44,570 nucleotides of DNA from a virus (Duplodnaviria > Caudoviricetes). This document shows, in pieces, positions 36,577 to 44,570 of this stretch. The position numbers were made by a program, and so were the translations under genes. The DNA is taken from positions 1-44,570 of the IMG/VR virus record IMGVR_UViG_3300028585_000035; one strand, given 5' to 3'. Under the pieces are notes generated by a model, which saw only the letters and a program-made list of their open reading frames with translations, was not told where the DNA came from and ran no database searches. Numbering within the stretch: the stretch's first letter is position 1; each line of letters starts with the position of its first letter.

Positions 36577-37701
36577 ATGGCACTGAAAACAAAACCCTTT
36601 ACCCAGCTTGTAACCGAAGCAGCTTCCTCGGCCCAGGGCTACGCCCGTGCAACTCTCGACATGTCGGTGGGCTCCGTGCTGCGCGCGGTCTTCGAAGCGA
36701 GTGCCGCAACCGTGCTTTGGCTGCAGAGCCTCATCTTGCAGCTGCTCTCGACCACCCGAGCGTCTACCTCCTCGGGAACCGACCTCGATTCCTGGATGGC
36801 GGACTTCAGCCTGTCGCGCCTGGCCGCTATCCCGGCCACAGGCTTGGTCTCGTTCTCCCGTTTCACCGCTACCCGGGAGGCTGTGGTGCCGGTCGGTACG
36901 CTGGTACAGACCGCCGATGGCTCCCAGCGTTACGCAGTCGTGGCCGATACCGCCTTGTTGTACTACGTCCCATCCCGAGAAGCGTACGTCCTTCCTGCGA
37001 CCGTTTCCTCAGCAGTCGTAGCCATCCAGGCGGAAGCCGCTGGCAGCCAAGGAAATGCCGTGGAAGGTGCAGTGTCCGTCATCGCGCAGTCCCTGCCGGG
37101 TATTGACACCGTGACTAATGCAGCCGGCCTGGCTAACGGCGCTGACGCTGAATCCGATGAGGCCTTCCGCGCTCGCTTCAAGAACTATCTACAGTCGCTC
37201 TCCAAAGCGACCAAGGGTGCAATTGGCTACGCCATCACGAGCTACCGTGACGGCCTGACGTACACCCTGACCGAGAACCGGAATCCGGATGGCAGCGAGC
37301 ATCTTGGCTGGTTCTACGTCGTCGTCGACGACGGCAGCGGTTCGCCTTCCGATACGCTGCTCGCCGGCGTCTATAACGCCATCGACGCGGTGCGTGCGGC
37401 CACGGTGTCGTTTGCTGTGTTTCGTCCCGATGTCGAGCTGGCGAACGTGTCGCTCACCATTGCAGCAGAGCCAGGCTACGACCACAACACGCTCGCCCGC
37501 CTGGTGCAAGCCGCGGTGACGGACTACATCAACAACCTCCCTCTCGGCGCAAGCCTGAACCACTCGCGCATCGCCCAGGTCGCCTACGATGCCACGCCAG
37601 GCATCTCCAACGTTACCGGAATCCTCATCAACGGCGCCACAACCGACATGCCTGCAACGGCCAGCCAGGTCATCAAAGCGCAGACGGTCGCGGTGGGCTA
37701 A
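36577..37701 (+). CDS. Baseplate J-like protein
   Basis: GTDLD, A..AGSQGN, GADAESDEAFRAR. Confidence 0.9.
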   Translation: MALKTKPFTQLVTEAASSAQGYARATLDMSVGSVLRAVFEASAATVLWLQSLILQLLSTTRASTSSGTDLDSWMADFSLSRLAAIPATGLVSFSRFTATREAVVPVGTLVQTADGSQRYAVVADTALLYYVPSREAYVLPATVSSAVVAIQAEAAGSQGNAVEGAVSVIAQSLPGIDTVTNAAGLANGADAESDEAFRARFKNYLQSLSKATKGAIGYAITSYRDGLTYTLTENRNPDGSEHLGWFYVVVDDGSGSPSDTLLAGVYNAIDAVRAATVSFAVFRPDVELANVSLTIAAEPGYDHNTLARLVQAAVTDYINNLPLGASLNHSRIAQVAYDATPGISNVTGILINGATTDMPATASQVIKAQTVAVG

Positions 37702-38447
37702 TGGAACCGATTTTCTCCCGCATCAAGCGACTCATTCCGGTCCGCGCCTGGTTCGCAGATGAGACTCCCGTTCTGGATGCCCTGATTGGCGGTATCGCGT
37801 CCGGGCTCGAGTACGTCAAAGAGCTCTATGACTACGCACGCCTGCAGACCCGGATTTTGACTGCAACAGATGGCTGGCTGGACGTCATCGCGGCTGACAT
37901 GTTCGGGCAGTCTATGACCCGCAGGCCTGCGCAGTCGGATGCCAGCTTTCGAGCTGAAATCCTGGCCAGCCTGTTTCTGGAAAAGGCCACACGGCGCTCC
38001 CTAACAGGCGTTATCAAAGCGCTTACGGGGCGTGAACCTGTCATCGTCGAGCCCACCCGCCCCCTCGATACAGGAGCCTATGGCGTCGGAATTTGCGGTT
38101 ACGGCGCAGCCGGGGCCTACGGCTCAGTATCGACCCCTTGGCAGCTGTTCATGACCGTCTACCGTCCTGCAGGTACCGGCGTACCGGGCGTAGCCGGTTA
38201 TGGAGTTTCAGTCGGAGGCTACGGTGCGCCCTCGCAGCACCAGTACGCGCCGGCCGCGGTCGCCCTCAGCCAAATTACCGACGAAGACATCTATCGAGCG
38301 ATTGATTCCGCCAAGGCAGCCGGGACCCTGATTTGGGTGCGCATTACATCTGAGGAAGGTCCGAAAGTCGAAGAAAGTGGTCCGCTCATCCTGGACGGCA
38401 GCTGGCAGTTGACCGGTAGCTACACACTCAAAGGAGTGCGTAACTAA
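37701..38447 (+). CDS. Baseplate wedge gpI-like protein
   Basis: TATDGWLDVIAADMFG...SDASFRAEI; follows J. Confidence 0.75.
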   Translation: MEPIFSRIKRLIPVRAWFADETPVLDALIGGIASGLEYVKELYDYARLQTRILTATDGWLDVIAADMFGQSMTRRPAQSDASFRAEILASLFLEKATRRSLTGVIKALTGREPVIVEPTRPLDTGAYGVGICGYGAAGAYGSVSTPWQLFMTVYRPAGTGVPGVAGYGVSVGGYGAPSQHQYAPAAVALSQITDEDIYRAIDSAKAAGTLIWVRITSEEGPKVEESGPLILDGSWQLTGSYTLKGVRN

Positions 38448-39370
38448 TGTCAAATTTCGACGGAAACATCACTGCCGACCCCGACTGGGTCGACGTGCCA
38501 CAGCTGAGTGCTGTGTGTAAGGCCCTGGGCGGCGCAGGCGGCCCGATGAACGCGCAGGCGGTTGCTATCGTTGCGCGCTTGGGCTACCTCGCGACTGCTA
38601 TCGACGCTATCAATGCCGGTTCAGCGCTGCATACGGGCGCCGGCGCGCCTGCCAACGCTCTTGGCGAGAACGGGGACCTGTACATCGACCCCGGTGCTGG
38701 AAAGCTATACGGGCCTAAGGCGGCCGGGAAGTGGCCAGTAGCCAAATCGCTAGTCGGACCTGCCGGTGCGCCTGGCGCTCCGGGAGGCCCTGGGCCAGCG
38801 GGGCCTGCGGGCCCAGGTGGCGGCTTCATGAATCGAGTCATCTTCGACACGCCAGGCATGCACACCTTCACGGCCACCACCAAGCTCATTTTCATCGAGC
38901 AGTGGGGCGGCGGAGAAGGCTCCGAAGGCGGGGGACTAACCCGCGGCGGCGCGTCCGCTGGCTATGCTGAAAAAATTCAAGCCATCTTGATTGGCGACGT
39001 CGTCACCGTGAATGTCGGAGCTGGCGGAACTGGCGGCATTGTTAATTCAATCGGCACCCCTGGTGGCGACACGACTGTCAGCGGCCCAGGTTTCAGCATT
39101 ACGGCCGGCGGAGGCAGCGCTACAAACGGAGGCAGTGCTTACGGCGGCGACGTCAACTTGGTTGGCGAAGGCGCGCGGTGGGGCTCGCAGATGGGCAGCA
39201 GCCGCTACCCGGCAAACGGTTCGGCTGCACCACGTGGCGGCCAAGGCGGCAGGGGAAACACTGCGAACAAAGGCTCCACAGGGCAGCAGCCCGGCGGTGG
39301 CGGCGGCGGCTCGGATGTCGGCTTTGTCGGCGCTCCTGGCGGTAATGGCCTTGTCGTCATCTGGTACTAA
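38447..39370 (+). CDS. Gly-rich tail fibre-like protein with short collagen-like repeat
   Basis: GENGDLYID..LYGPK..W motif, GPAGAPGAPGGPGPAGPAGP, Gly-rich C-terminal domain ending GLVVIWY. Confidence 0.7.
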   Translation: MSNFDGNITADPDWVDVPQLSAVCKALGGAGGPMNAQAVAIVARLGYLATAIDAINAGSALHTGAGAPANALGENGDLYIDPGAGKLYGPKAAGKWPVAKSLVGPAGAPGAPGGPGPAGPAGPGGGFMNRVIFDTPGMHTFTATTKLIFIEQWGGGEGSEGGGLTRGGASAGYAEKIQAILIGDVVTVNVGAGGTGGIVNSIGTPGGDTTVSGPGFSITAGGGSATNGGSAYGGDVNLVGEGARWGSQMGSSRYPANGSAAPRGGQGGRGNTANKGSTGQQPGGGGGGSDVGFVGAPGGNGLVVIWY

Positions 39371-39386
39371 CAACACGAAAGCAAAA

Positions 39387-40460
39387 ATGGACCGCAAAAT
39401 CATCTACCCGGGCGCGATTCCGCTCGAAACCGACCTGCTGCAAACCAACAAGAACGCCATGATGGCGGTAGGCCGCCTGGCCGAAAGCCTGCTTGGTGCA
39501 GAGACGCAGTACGCGGGCCTCGGCGTATCGCCAACCCCGGTGCCCAGCCTTGGCATCATTGTCAGCCCAGGCACTGTCTACGCGAAGATGGCGGCTGATG
39601 TCGGCACGTACAGCTCCCTGCCCGCCGACGCCACCCAAGTACTCAAGCAAGGCGCGCTGGCGACCGCTGTAACGCTCGCAGTCGCTGCTCCGACCACGTC
39701 TGGCTACGCCGTCGACTATCTCATCCAGGTTGCACTATCTGAAGTCGACGTCGAAGGCACCGTCCTCCCCTACTACAATGCCAGCAACCCGTCGCAAGCG
39801 TTTGCCGGCCCGGGCAACAGTGGCGCCGCACAGCCAACGATGCGCAAGTGCATTGCCGTCGTGTCGGCAATTGCAGGAGCTCCGGCTCCAGCAGGTTCGC
39901 AGACGCCTCCAGCGCCGATGGCCGGCGCGGTGGGGATTGCAGTCGTGACCGTGAACTTTGGCGACGCTGTCGTCCTGTCCGGGGCTATCCGGGATGCCGC
40001 GGGAACGCCACGCATCAAGCGCATGACCGGCTTCGCACCGATTGATAGCCCGGAGTTCACCGGTGCGCCGAAAGTCCCGACGCCGGCGCCAGGCGACGCA
40101 ACGAACAAGGCAGCAAGCACTGCCTTCGTCGCCGCTGCTGTAGCCCAAATGGCCACGGTCGGCGACGTCAATGAGGCTGTGGCAGAGGGCTTCGAGGGCT
40201 CCCACCAACTGAACGGCTACCAGAAGCTTCCTGGCGGTTTGATTATGCAGTGGGGCAAGTACGTTGGGGGCACCGACACTGCGACGATTACGTTCCCGAT
40301 TCCGTTTCCAAACGCGTGCTTGAACGTTCAGGGAACGAGTAGCAATACGTCGAGCGACTCTGAGCAGAACGTGAAGGCCTGGAACTACAGCGCTGCCGGT
40401 TTTACCATCCGCGCCTTAGGCAACGAGCGCCCTGCTCACTGGTTCGCCATCGGCCACTGA
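39387..40460 (+). CDS. Tail fibre protein
   Basis: ATG at 39387 (MDRKIIYPG); APIDSPEFTGAPKVPT..ASTAFV repeat; C-terminal NGYQKLPGGLIMQWG..FPIPF..WFAIGH. Confidence 0.88.
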   Translation: MDRKIIYPGAIPLETDLLQTNKNAMMAVGRLAESLLGAETQYAGLGVSPTPVPSLGIIVSPGTVYAKMAADVGTYSSLPADATQVLKQGALATAVTLAVAAPTTSGYAVDYLIQVALSEVDVEGTVLPYYNASNPSQAFAGPGNSGAAQPTMRKCIAVVSAIAGAPAPAGSQTPPAPMAGAVGIAVVTVNFGDAVVLSGAIRDAAGTPRIKRMTGFAPIDSPEFTGAPKVPTPAPGDATNKAASTAFVAAAVAQMATVGDVNEAVAEGFEGSHQLNGYQKLPGGLIMQWGKYVGGTDTATITFPIPFPNACLNVQGTSSNTSSDSEQNVKAWNYSAAGFTIRALGNERPAHWFAIGH

Positions 40461-40491
40461 TACACCTTGCGCCGGCGCAAGTCGGCCTGCC

Positions 40492-40523
40492 CTAAGACCC
40501 TTGCGCCGGCGCAAGGGTCTTAG
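40492..40523. repeat. Perfect 32-bp palindrome between convergent operons
   Basis: CTAAGACCCTTGCGCCGGCGCAAGGGTCTTAG equals its own reverse complement. Confidence 0.95.
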
Positions 40524-40539
40524 CATCGAAGGGTTTGTA

Positions 40540-41964
40540 TCAGCAAGCCATCGCCTCAACGCCGGGTTTCGCCCACGCCATCACTTCGTCTTGTGTAATC
40601 GCCCGGCCCTCGAGACGCTGCAGGCAGAGCTCGTCAACCGTCCCCCGAGCCAAGATGTAGAACTCCCGAACTACGCGGTCATAGCCGCTTTGCAGCTGCC
40701 GAACCGGTCCAACACGCTCGCGCACTTGCTGGAACAGCTCCAGGTCGAAAGCGTGAGCAAAGAAGCAGATGTTCCGGCCGCCATGCTGCAAGTTCAACCC
40801 GTGGCCCGCAGATGCAGGGTGCACCGCCAGCAGTGGAATCGTCCCGTCACCTTTGTTCCAGTCATCCTCGTCCTTTTGCGTCTTCAGCTCGCGTAGCTCA
40901 GGAAAGCGCTTCTTCAATCGGTCTAGGTCCGATTTCAACTGATAGACCACCAGTAGCTGCTCACCCCCCAATTCCTCGATGACGGACTCCAAAGCGTCGA
41001 GTTTCTCATCGTGGAGCACCTCATAGTCAGCCTTGCCCACCTCGCGATATACAGCACCGCTGCACATCTGCAGCAGTCGATTCGACAGGACCGCGCTGTT
41101 GGGTGCTTTCAAGCCGAAGCCGGCGACATGGGTGATGAACTCTGTTTGCAGTTCCTTGTAGCCAACCTGGACTTTCGGGGGCAGGTCCACCCAAACGTGT
41201 GAAATCTGTGGCGCCTTGAGGTCAAAGTAGTCTTCGGGTTTGAGGGTGAGCGCCAGGTCCTTCACCTTGCCCATCACTTGCTCGAGCGCTCCCTTTTTCG
41301 GGCTGTACAGGCTCACGTACTGGTCAAGCTTGAACTCGTTGAAGTAGGTGCCGGTCCAGGCGCTGTAGGTCTTCCCAAGGCGCTCGCCATGGTCGAGGAA
41401 ATAGACTTGGCCAAAGAGGTCCATGAGCCCTTTCGGGGATGGAGTGCCCGTCAGCTGAATGAAACGGGTTCCGGCGGCCTTGGTCGCGTCGTAAAGTGCC
41501 TTGGCTCGCTTCGTGCCTTGGCGCGGGCGGAAGCCACGCAACTTGGAAGCTTCGTCAGCTACTACCGTCGAAAACGGCCACGGCATCTTTAACTTGGCCA
41601 AGTGGTCGAGTAACCAGGGTAGCGACTCGTAATTGATGCACAAGACGTCAGCGTCTTCGCAAATAGCTTCGGTGAACAACTTCTCACGTTTTTTCGGGGT
41701 GTCCCCACAGATGCTGCGCACGTCCAAGCCAGCCAAATGCTCCCATTTCAGCGCCTCTGCGGGCCACGTGCCTCGAGCGACACGGAGTGGCGCAACGACT
41801 AGGGCAATGCCCAATTCTCCGCGCTCTTTAAGCGTCGAGAACGCGCTGAGAGTCGAGACTGTCTTACCCATCCCCATGCCGGCCCACAGGGCGCAGCGCA
41901 CGACCTGCAGCATGTGTTTGATGGCCAGGCGCTGATATTCCCGCGGAGCGAATGGCTTACGCAT
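40540..41964 (-). CDS. SNF2-like SF2 helicase
   Basis: PREYQ, GMGMGKT, VADEAS, LTGTP, HPASAGHGLNLQ; ATG at 41964. Confidence 0.92.
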   Translation of the reverse strand: MRKPFAPREYQRLAIKHMLQVVRCALWAGMGMGKTVSTLSAFSTLKERGELGIALVVAPLRVARGTWPAEALKWEHLAGLDVRSICGDTPKKREKLFTEAICEDADVLCINYESLPWLLDHLAKLKMPWPFSTVVADEASKLRGFRPRQGTKRAKALYDATKAAGTRFIQLTGTPSPKGLMDLFGQVYFLDHGERLGKTYSAWTGTYFNEFKLDQYVSLYSPKKGALEQVMGKVKDLALTLKPEDYFDLKAPQISHVWVDLPPKVQVGYKELQTEFITHVAGFGLKAPNSAVLSNRLLQMCSGAVYREVGKADYEVLHDEKLDALESVIEELGGEQLLVVYQLKSDLDRLKKRFPELRELKTQKDEDDWNKGDGTIPLLAVHPASAGHGLNLQHGGRNICFFAHAFDLELFQQVRERVGPVRQLQSGYDRVVREFYILARGTVDELCLQRLEGRAITQDEVMAWAKPGVEAMAC

Positions 41965-42292
41965 TGGCCGCCTCCGCCATCTGCGCGCACCAGACGTCGA
42001 CCTCATCGCGCGAGGACAGCACGATGACGTCCATGCCCTGCTCGAGCATTTCGTCATGCTCGGCCTTTTGCAGCGGCCTCAGCCCTTCACCGGGCTTCTT
42101 CAGCTCGATAAACCAGACCTTCGCCTTGCGCGGTCCGCTCGCTTTGATGCCAACGATGCGGTCTGGGACCCCACGATGACCGGGGCTTACGAACTTGCGG
42201 CAGTACCAGCCGTGTTCTTTGCAGCGTTTGATGAGTCGCTGCTCGACGTCCTTCTCAATTTCAGGACGGCGAAGTGTTGTTGTTTTTAGCAT
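41957..42292 (-). CDS. VRR-NUC domain nuclease
   Basis: EKDVE, GVPDRI, FIELKKPG..LRPLQ. Confidence 0.9.
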   Translation of the reverse strand: MLKTTTLRRPEIEKDVEQRLIKRCKEHGWYCRKFVSPGHRGVPDRIVGIKASGPRKAKVWFIELKKPGEGLRPLQKAEHDEMLEQGMDVIVLSSRDEVDVWCAQMAEAANA

Positions 42293-42403
42293 TAGAAGGG
42301 CTCATGGCAAATGCACGCACATGCATGCCCTTCGTGTAGCAACCGCCGTTATACGGGGTGAAATCTGGGGATATACTAAGGGGGTGAACCAAAGGAGAAC
42401 CCC

Positions 42404-43090
42404 ATGGCCAACCGCGAACTACCTGACTATCTGCCCTCGGATTGGCCGGAGTACGCCGCCATCCCCACGCGCGCCGAATGGGACCGCGCGATGGAAGAAG
42501 ACCGTATTGCGGAAAGAGCTTTTGAACAGATGAAGCATCCGCGCTCGCAGTCGCCAACACCTGAGTCGATAGCGGCCGGCGAGGCACATTTGGCAGAGGC
42601 CCACGTACGCGCTGCGGAGACTGTGAAGGGGCAAATTGAGAGCAAAGAATTGCTTACTGCAGACGAGTTTTGCGACGTTCTCGAAGTAGATGTCGATTGG
42701 CTTGACGCCGCTTTGGACGAGTACAGGGTGTTTGCAATTACTGGTCCTGGCGGTCGTGCCTACTATCCTGCGTTTTATGCCGACACGGGTATCCGACGTG
42801 AGCACTTGGAGCGAGTCACGCGTACGCTTGCTCTCCTCCATCCACGTTCGCAATTTCTTTTTTATACGACGGTCCGGACGTCGCTCGGCGAGACGCCGCT
42901 TGACGCCCTCCGTGCTGGCCGCCTCGACGACGTGATAACCGCGGCATTACGAGCTGCTGCAGACGCTCCGCAACGGGTGCCGTCGATTGTCGAGGTACTC
43001 AGTGGAGAGTCTTGGCCGCCCAAGGTCGCGCCACGGCATGACCCTAGCCAGTCGTTTGCCGATGTTCTCAAGGGCGCCAAGCCTCGGTGA
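42404..43090 (+). CDS. Hypothetical protein, possibly HTH plus Xre/MbcA-like C-terminus
   Basis: LLTADEFCDVLEV...YYPAFY...SLGETPLDALRAG; AAGGAG SD. Confidence 0.55.
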   Translation: MANRELPDYLPSDWPEYAAIPTRAEWDRAMEEDRIAERAFEQMKHPRSQSPTPESIAAGEAHLAEAHVRAAETVKGQIESKELLTADEFCDVLEVDVDWLDAALDEYRVFAITGPGGRAYYPAFYADTGIRREHLERVTRTLALLHPRSQFLFYTTVRTSLGETPLDALRAGRLDDVITAALRAAADAPQRVPSIVEVLSGESWPPKVAPRHDPSQSFADVLKGAKPR

Positions 43091-43093
43091 CGG

Positions 43094-43324
43094 CTAAACG
43101 AGAATCTTTCTCGGACGGCCCCGTTTGGCGGGTCCTTCTGGCTTGGCAGGTGCAGGGGAAGGCGCCGGAGTTTGTATAAACTGAAAGAGAGTGCTCTTGT
43201 CCCATAACAGCTTGCGTCCGAGCTGCATCGGTCGGGGTAACAGACCCTGCTTCAGGTAGCTGGTGATAGTGCGTACCGACACTCGTAGCAGTGCGGCGAC
43301 TTCGTCTTTCGTGATGTACTCCAT
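43094..43324 (-). CDS. Excisionase-like HTH protein
   Basis: YITKDEVAALLRVSVRTITSYLKQGLLPRP..GRKLLW; next to the integrase; C-terminal KRGRPRK. Confidence 0.8.
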   Translation of the reverse strand: MEYITKDEVAALLRVSVRTITSYLKQGLLPRPMQLGRKLLWDKSTLFQFIQTPAPSPAPAKPEGPAKRGRPRKILV

Positions 43325-43381
43325 AACTCGGGCTCCCCATGGCAAGTAAAGCCGTGTAGAACCCGAGTTTTATTTTCTGCC

Positions 43382-44570
43382 TTACGTTGCCGAAAGAGTT
43401 GCGGACGTCAGCAGGCGGTCGGCACCTTCGCGCGTGGCCAGGGTGCCAACAAGGACGGCAGGCCGCAGTTTGACGTAGTGCTGCTGGAGAATCTTGGTAT
43501 CAGAGTGTCCTGAAAACGCGACGACAGTCTCAAGAGGAGCTTCAACCAGCTCAATCAGGCGGCTAATGCCTTCACGGCGCATATCGTGCAGTCGAACGTC
43601 AGGACACCCAGCTTTGTCCGCAGCGCGGCGCCAAGCCTGCGAATAGCCGCCAGCGGTCATGCTGAAGATTCGACCAGATTTCCTCGGCCCGAGTTTTTTC
43701 AGCACAGCGACTGCGGCCGGCATTAGTGGGACAGCCCGCGGCTTAACTTTCGTCTTCGAATAGTGTCCAGGCGCCCGAAGCTTGATTTCGTTCTTTTCGA
43801 GGTTGACGTCTTCCCACATCAACGTACACAGCTCGCCACGGCGCAGAGTTGTCGAAATTGCCAGCAAGACGTAGCACTGATGCTCTCGGTTGTTCATTGC
43901 ACGCAGAACGGCTTCGAGAGGCTCATCCGCCAGACGCGTTTCTCGGGGGTCCGGACGCTCCGGAAGTTCCACGGTCATGATTGCGAGTGAAGTCAACCAG
44001 CCGCCATGCGCATGGAGAAGCTGTTTCTCCTTGAAGTAGTCCGTTATAGCTCTTCGTAAAAGCACCAGCTCGTGACGGACTGTTTGCGGCGAGACCTCGG
44101 CAATTTGTTCCGGAGGCGGTGGAGATGCATCGCTCGCAGAGTGATGCTTCCGGTAATGACGCTGATGCTTCGTCATGTCAGTTTTTCGGACACGCCCAGA
44201 ACCCAGTAAGCCGGCCAGCCGCTTACTTTTCCAGTCTTCGATGAAACTCGGAGGAAGTTGTCCAAGCTTGAGGTGCCCGAACCATCGCTCTAAGTTCTTA
44301 AGGCGTGACTTTTCTTCGGCCGAGCCGGCAAGCTTTTCCACGCGGTGCTGGCGATAGTTGTCGAGAACATCTTGGATAAGGATGTCGCCAGGCAGGAAGG
44401 CTTCACGAGGGCTCGCCTCGGGGATGACCGGCGCCGCACTTGGCGACTTCCCTTTCTTGACATCCCGAAAGGCGTCGCGTTCCTTACGCGCCCAGACGAG
44501 CGCTCGCTCATAAGCCTCATCGTCGTTAGAGACGGTGATAGATTTTTTCGGGAAGGGGGATACTTGTACA
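43382..44570 (-). CDS. int: Tyrosine integrase, 5' end beyond the window
   Basis: Catalytic R (TLRRGEL), K (KTK), HDMRR, GH and Y (QQHY); the frame stays open from 44341 to the window edge. Confidence 0.93.
   Translation of the reverse strand, partial: VQVSPFPKKSITVSNDDEAYERALVWARKERDAFRDVKKGKSPSAAPVIPEASPREAFLPGDILIQDVLDNYRQHRVEKLAGSAEEKSRLKNLERWFGHLKLGQLPPSFIEDWKSKRLAGLLGSGRVRKTDMTKHQRHYRKHHSASDASPPPPEQIAEVSPQTVRHELVLLRRAITDYFKEKQLLHAHGGWLTSLAIMTVELPERPDPRETRLADEPLEAVLRAMNNREHQCYVLLAISTTLRRGELCTLMWEDVNLEKNEIKLRAPGHYSKTKVKPRAVPLMPAAVAVLKKLGPRKSGRIFSMTAGGYSQAWRRAADKAGCPDVRLHDMRREGISRLIELVEAPLETVVAFSGHSDTKILQQHYVKLRPAVLVGTLATREGADRLLTSATLSAT

Larger units (their letters stand above)
7582..40515. 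repeat. Dispersed perfect 16-bp palindrome CTTGCGCCGGCGCAAG, 10 copies
   Basis: Exact copies start at 7582, 7731, 8485, 8553, 9645, 18319, 18369, 25064, 40466 and 40500. Confidence 0.95.
210..44570. mobile_element. Temperate myovirus-like prophage integrated at tRNA-Arg(CCG); right end lies outside the window
   Basis: tRNA 3'-half att at left, integrase/xis at right, and complete packaging, head, contractile tail, baseplate, fibre and lysis modules in between. Confidence 0.95.

Noticed and set aside
39012-39386. N-terminal 125 aa of the 482-aa ORF in the track
   Set aside because: Overlaps the Gly-rich fibre gene in another frame; the likely start is ATG 39387
38447-40460. Diversity-generating retroelement acting on the fibres
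   Set aside because: No reverse transcriptase and no TR/VR repeat pair seen
40492-40523. N15-type telomere resolution site
   Set aside because: No protelomerase recognisable and the element is integrated via a tRNA att; kept only as an unexplained palindrome

Overview
Almost the whole window (about 210 to the right edge) is one temperate contractile-tailed (myovirus-type) prophage of a GC-rich host, probably a Betaproteobacterium. It is integrated at a tRNA-Arg(CCG): the duplicated 3' half of the tRNA is at 210-259, and the tyrosine integrase runs off the right edge. Left to right it carries: defence-type cargo (HEPN-like protein, SmaI-like type II R-M pair, HAD protein); small single-gene cassettes; a Replic_Relax-like gene beside a symmetric repeat-rich non-coding region; a ParA plus RHH partition pair; a D5/P4-type SF3 helicase with an iteron origin; lysis genes; TerS; an insertion of a serine resolvase, a degenerate terminase-ATPase paralog and a DUF4238 protein; TerL, portal, scaffold and capsid; tail, baseplate and fibre genes; SNF2, VRR-NUC, xis and int. 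The most unusual signals are: (1) a catalytically dead copy of the terminase ATPase domain; (2) an N-terminal AIAxKPFG peptide shared by scaffold and capsid, next to a C39-like cysteine protease gene; (3) ten dispersed copies of the perfect palindrome CTTGCGCCGGCGCAAG; (4) a non-canonical promoter-like motif, (TCGTGCA..CGTGTA..)CTATACR, in front of about 15 genes; (5) integrative and plasmid-like maintenance modules together, with no recognisable CI repressor. All family calls come from motif recognition by eye; no searches were run.
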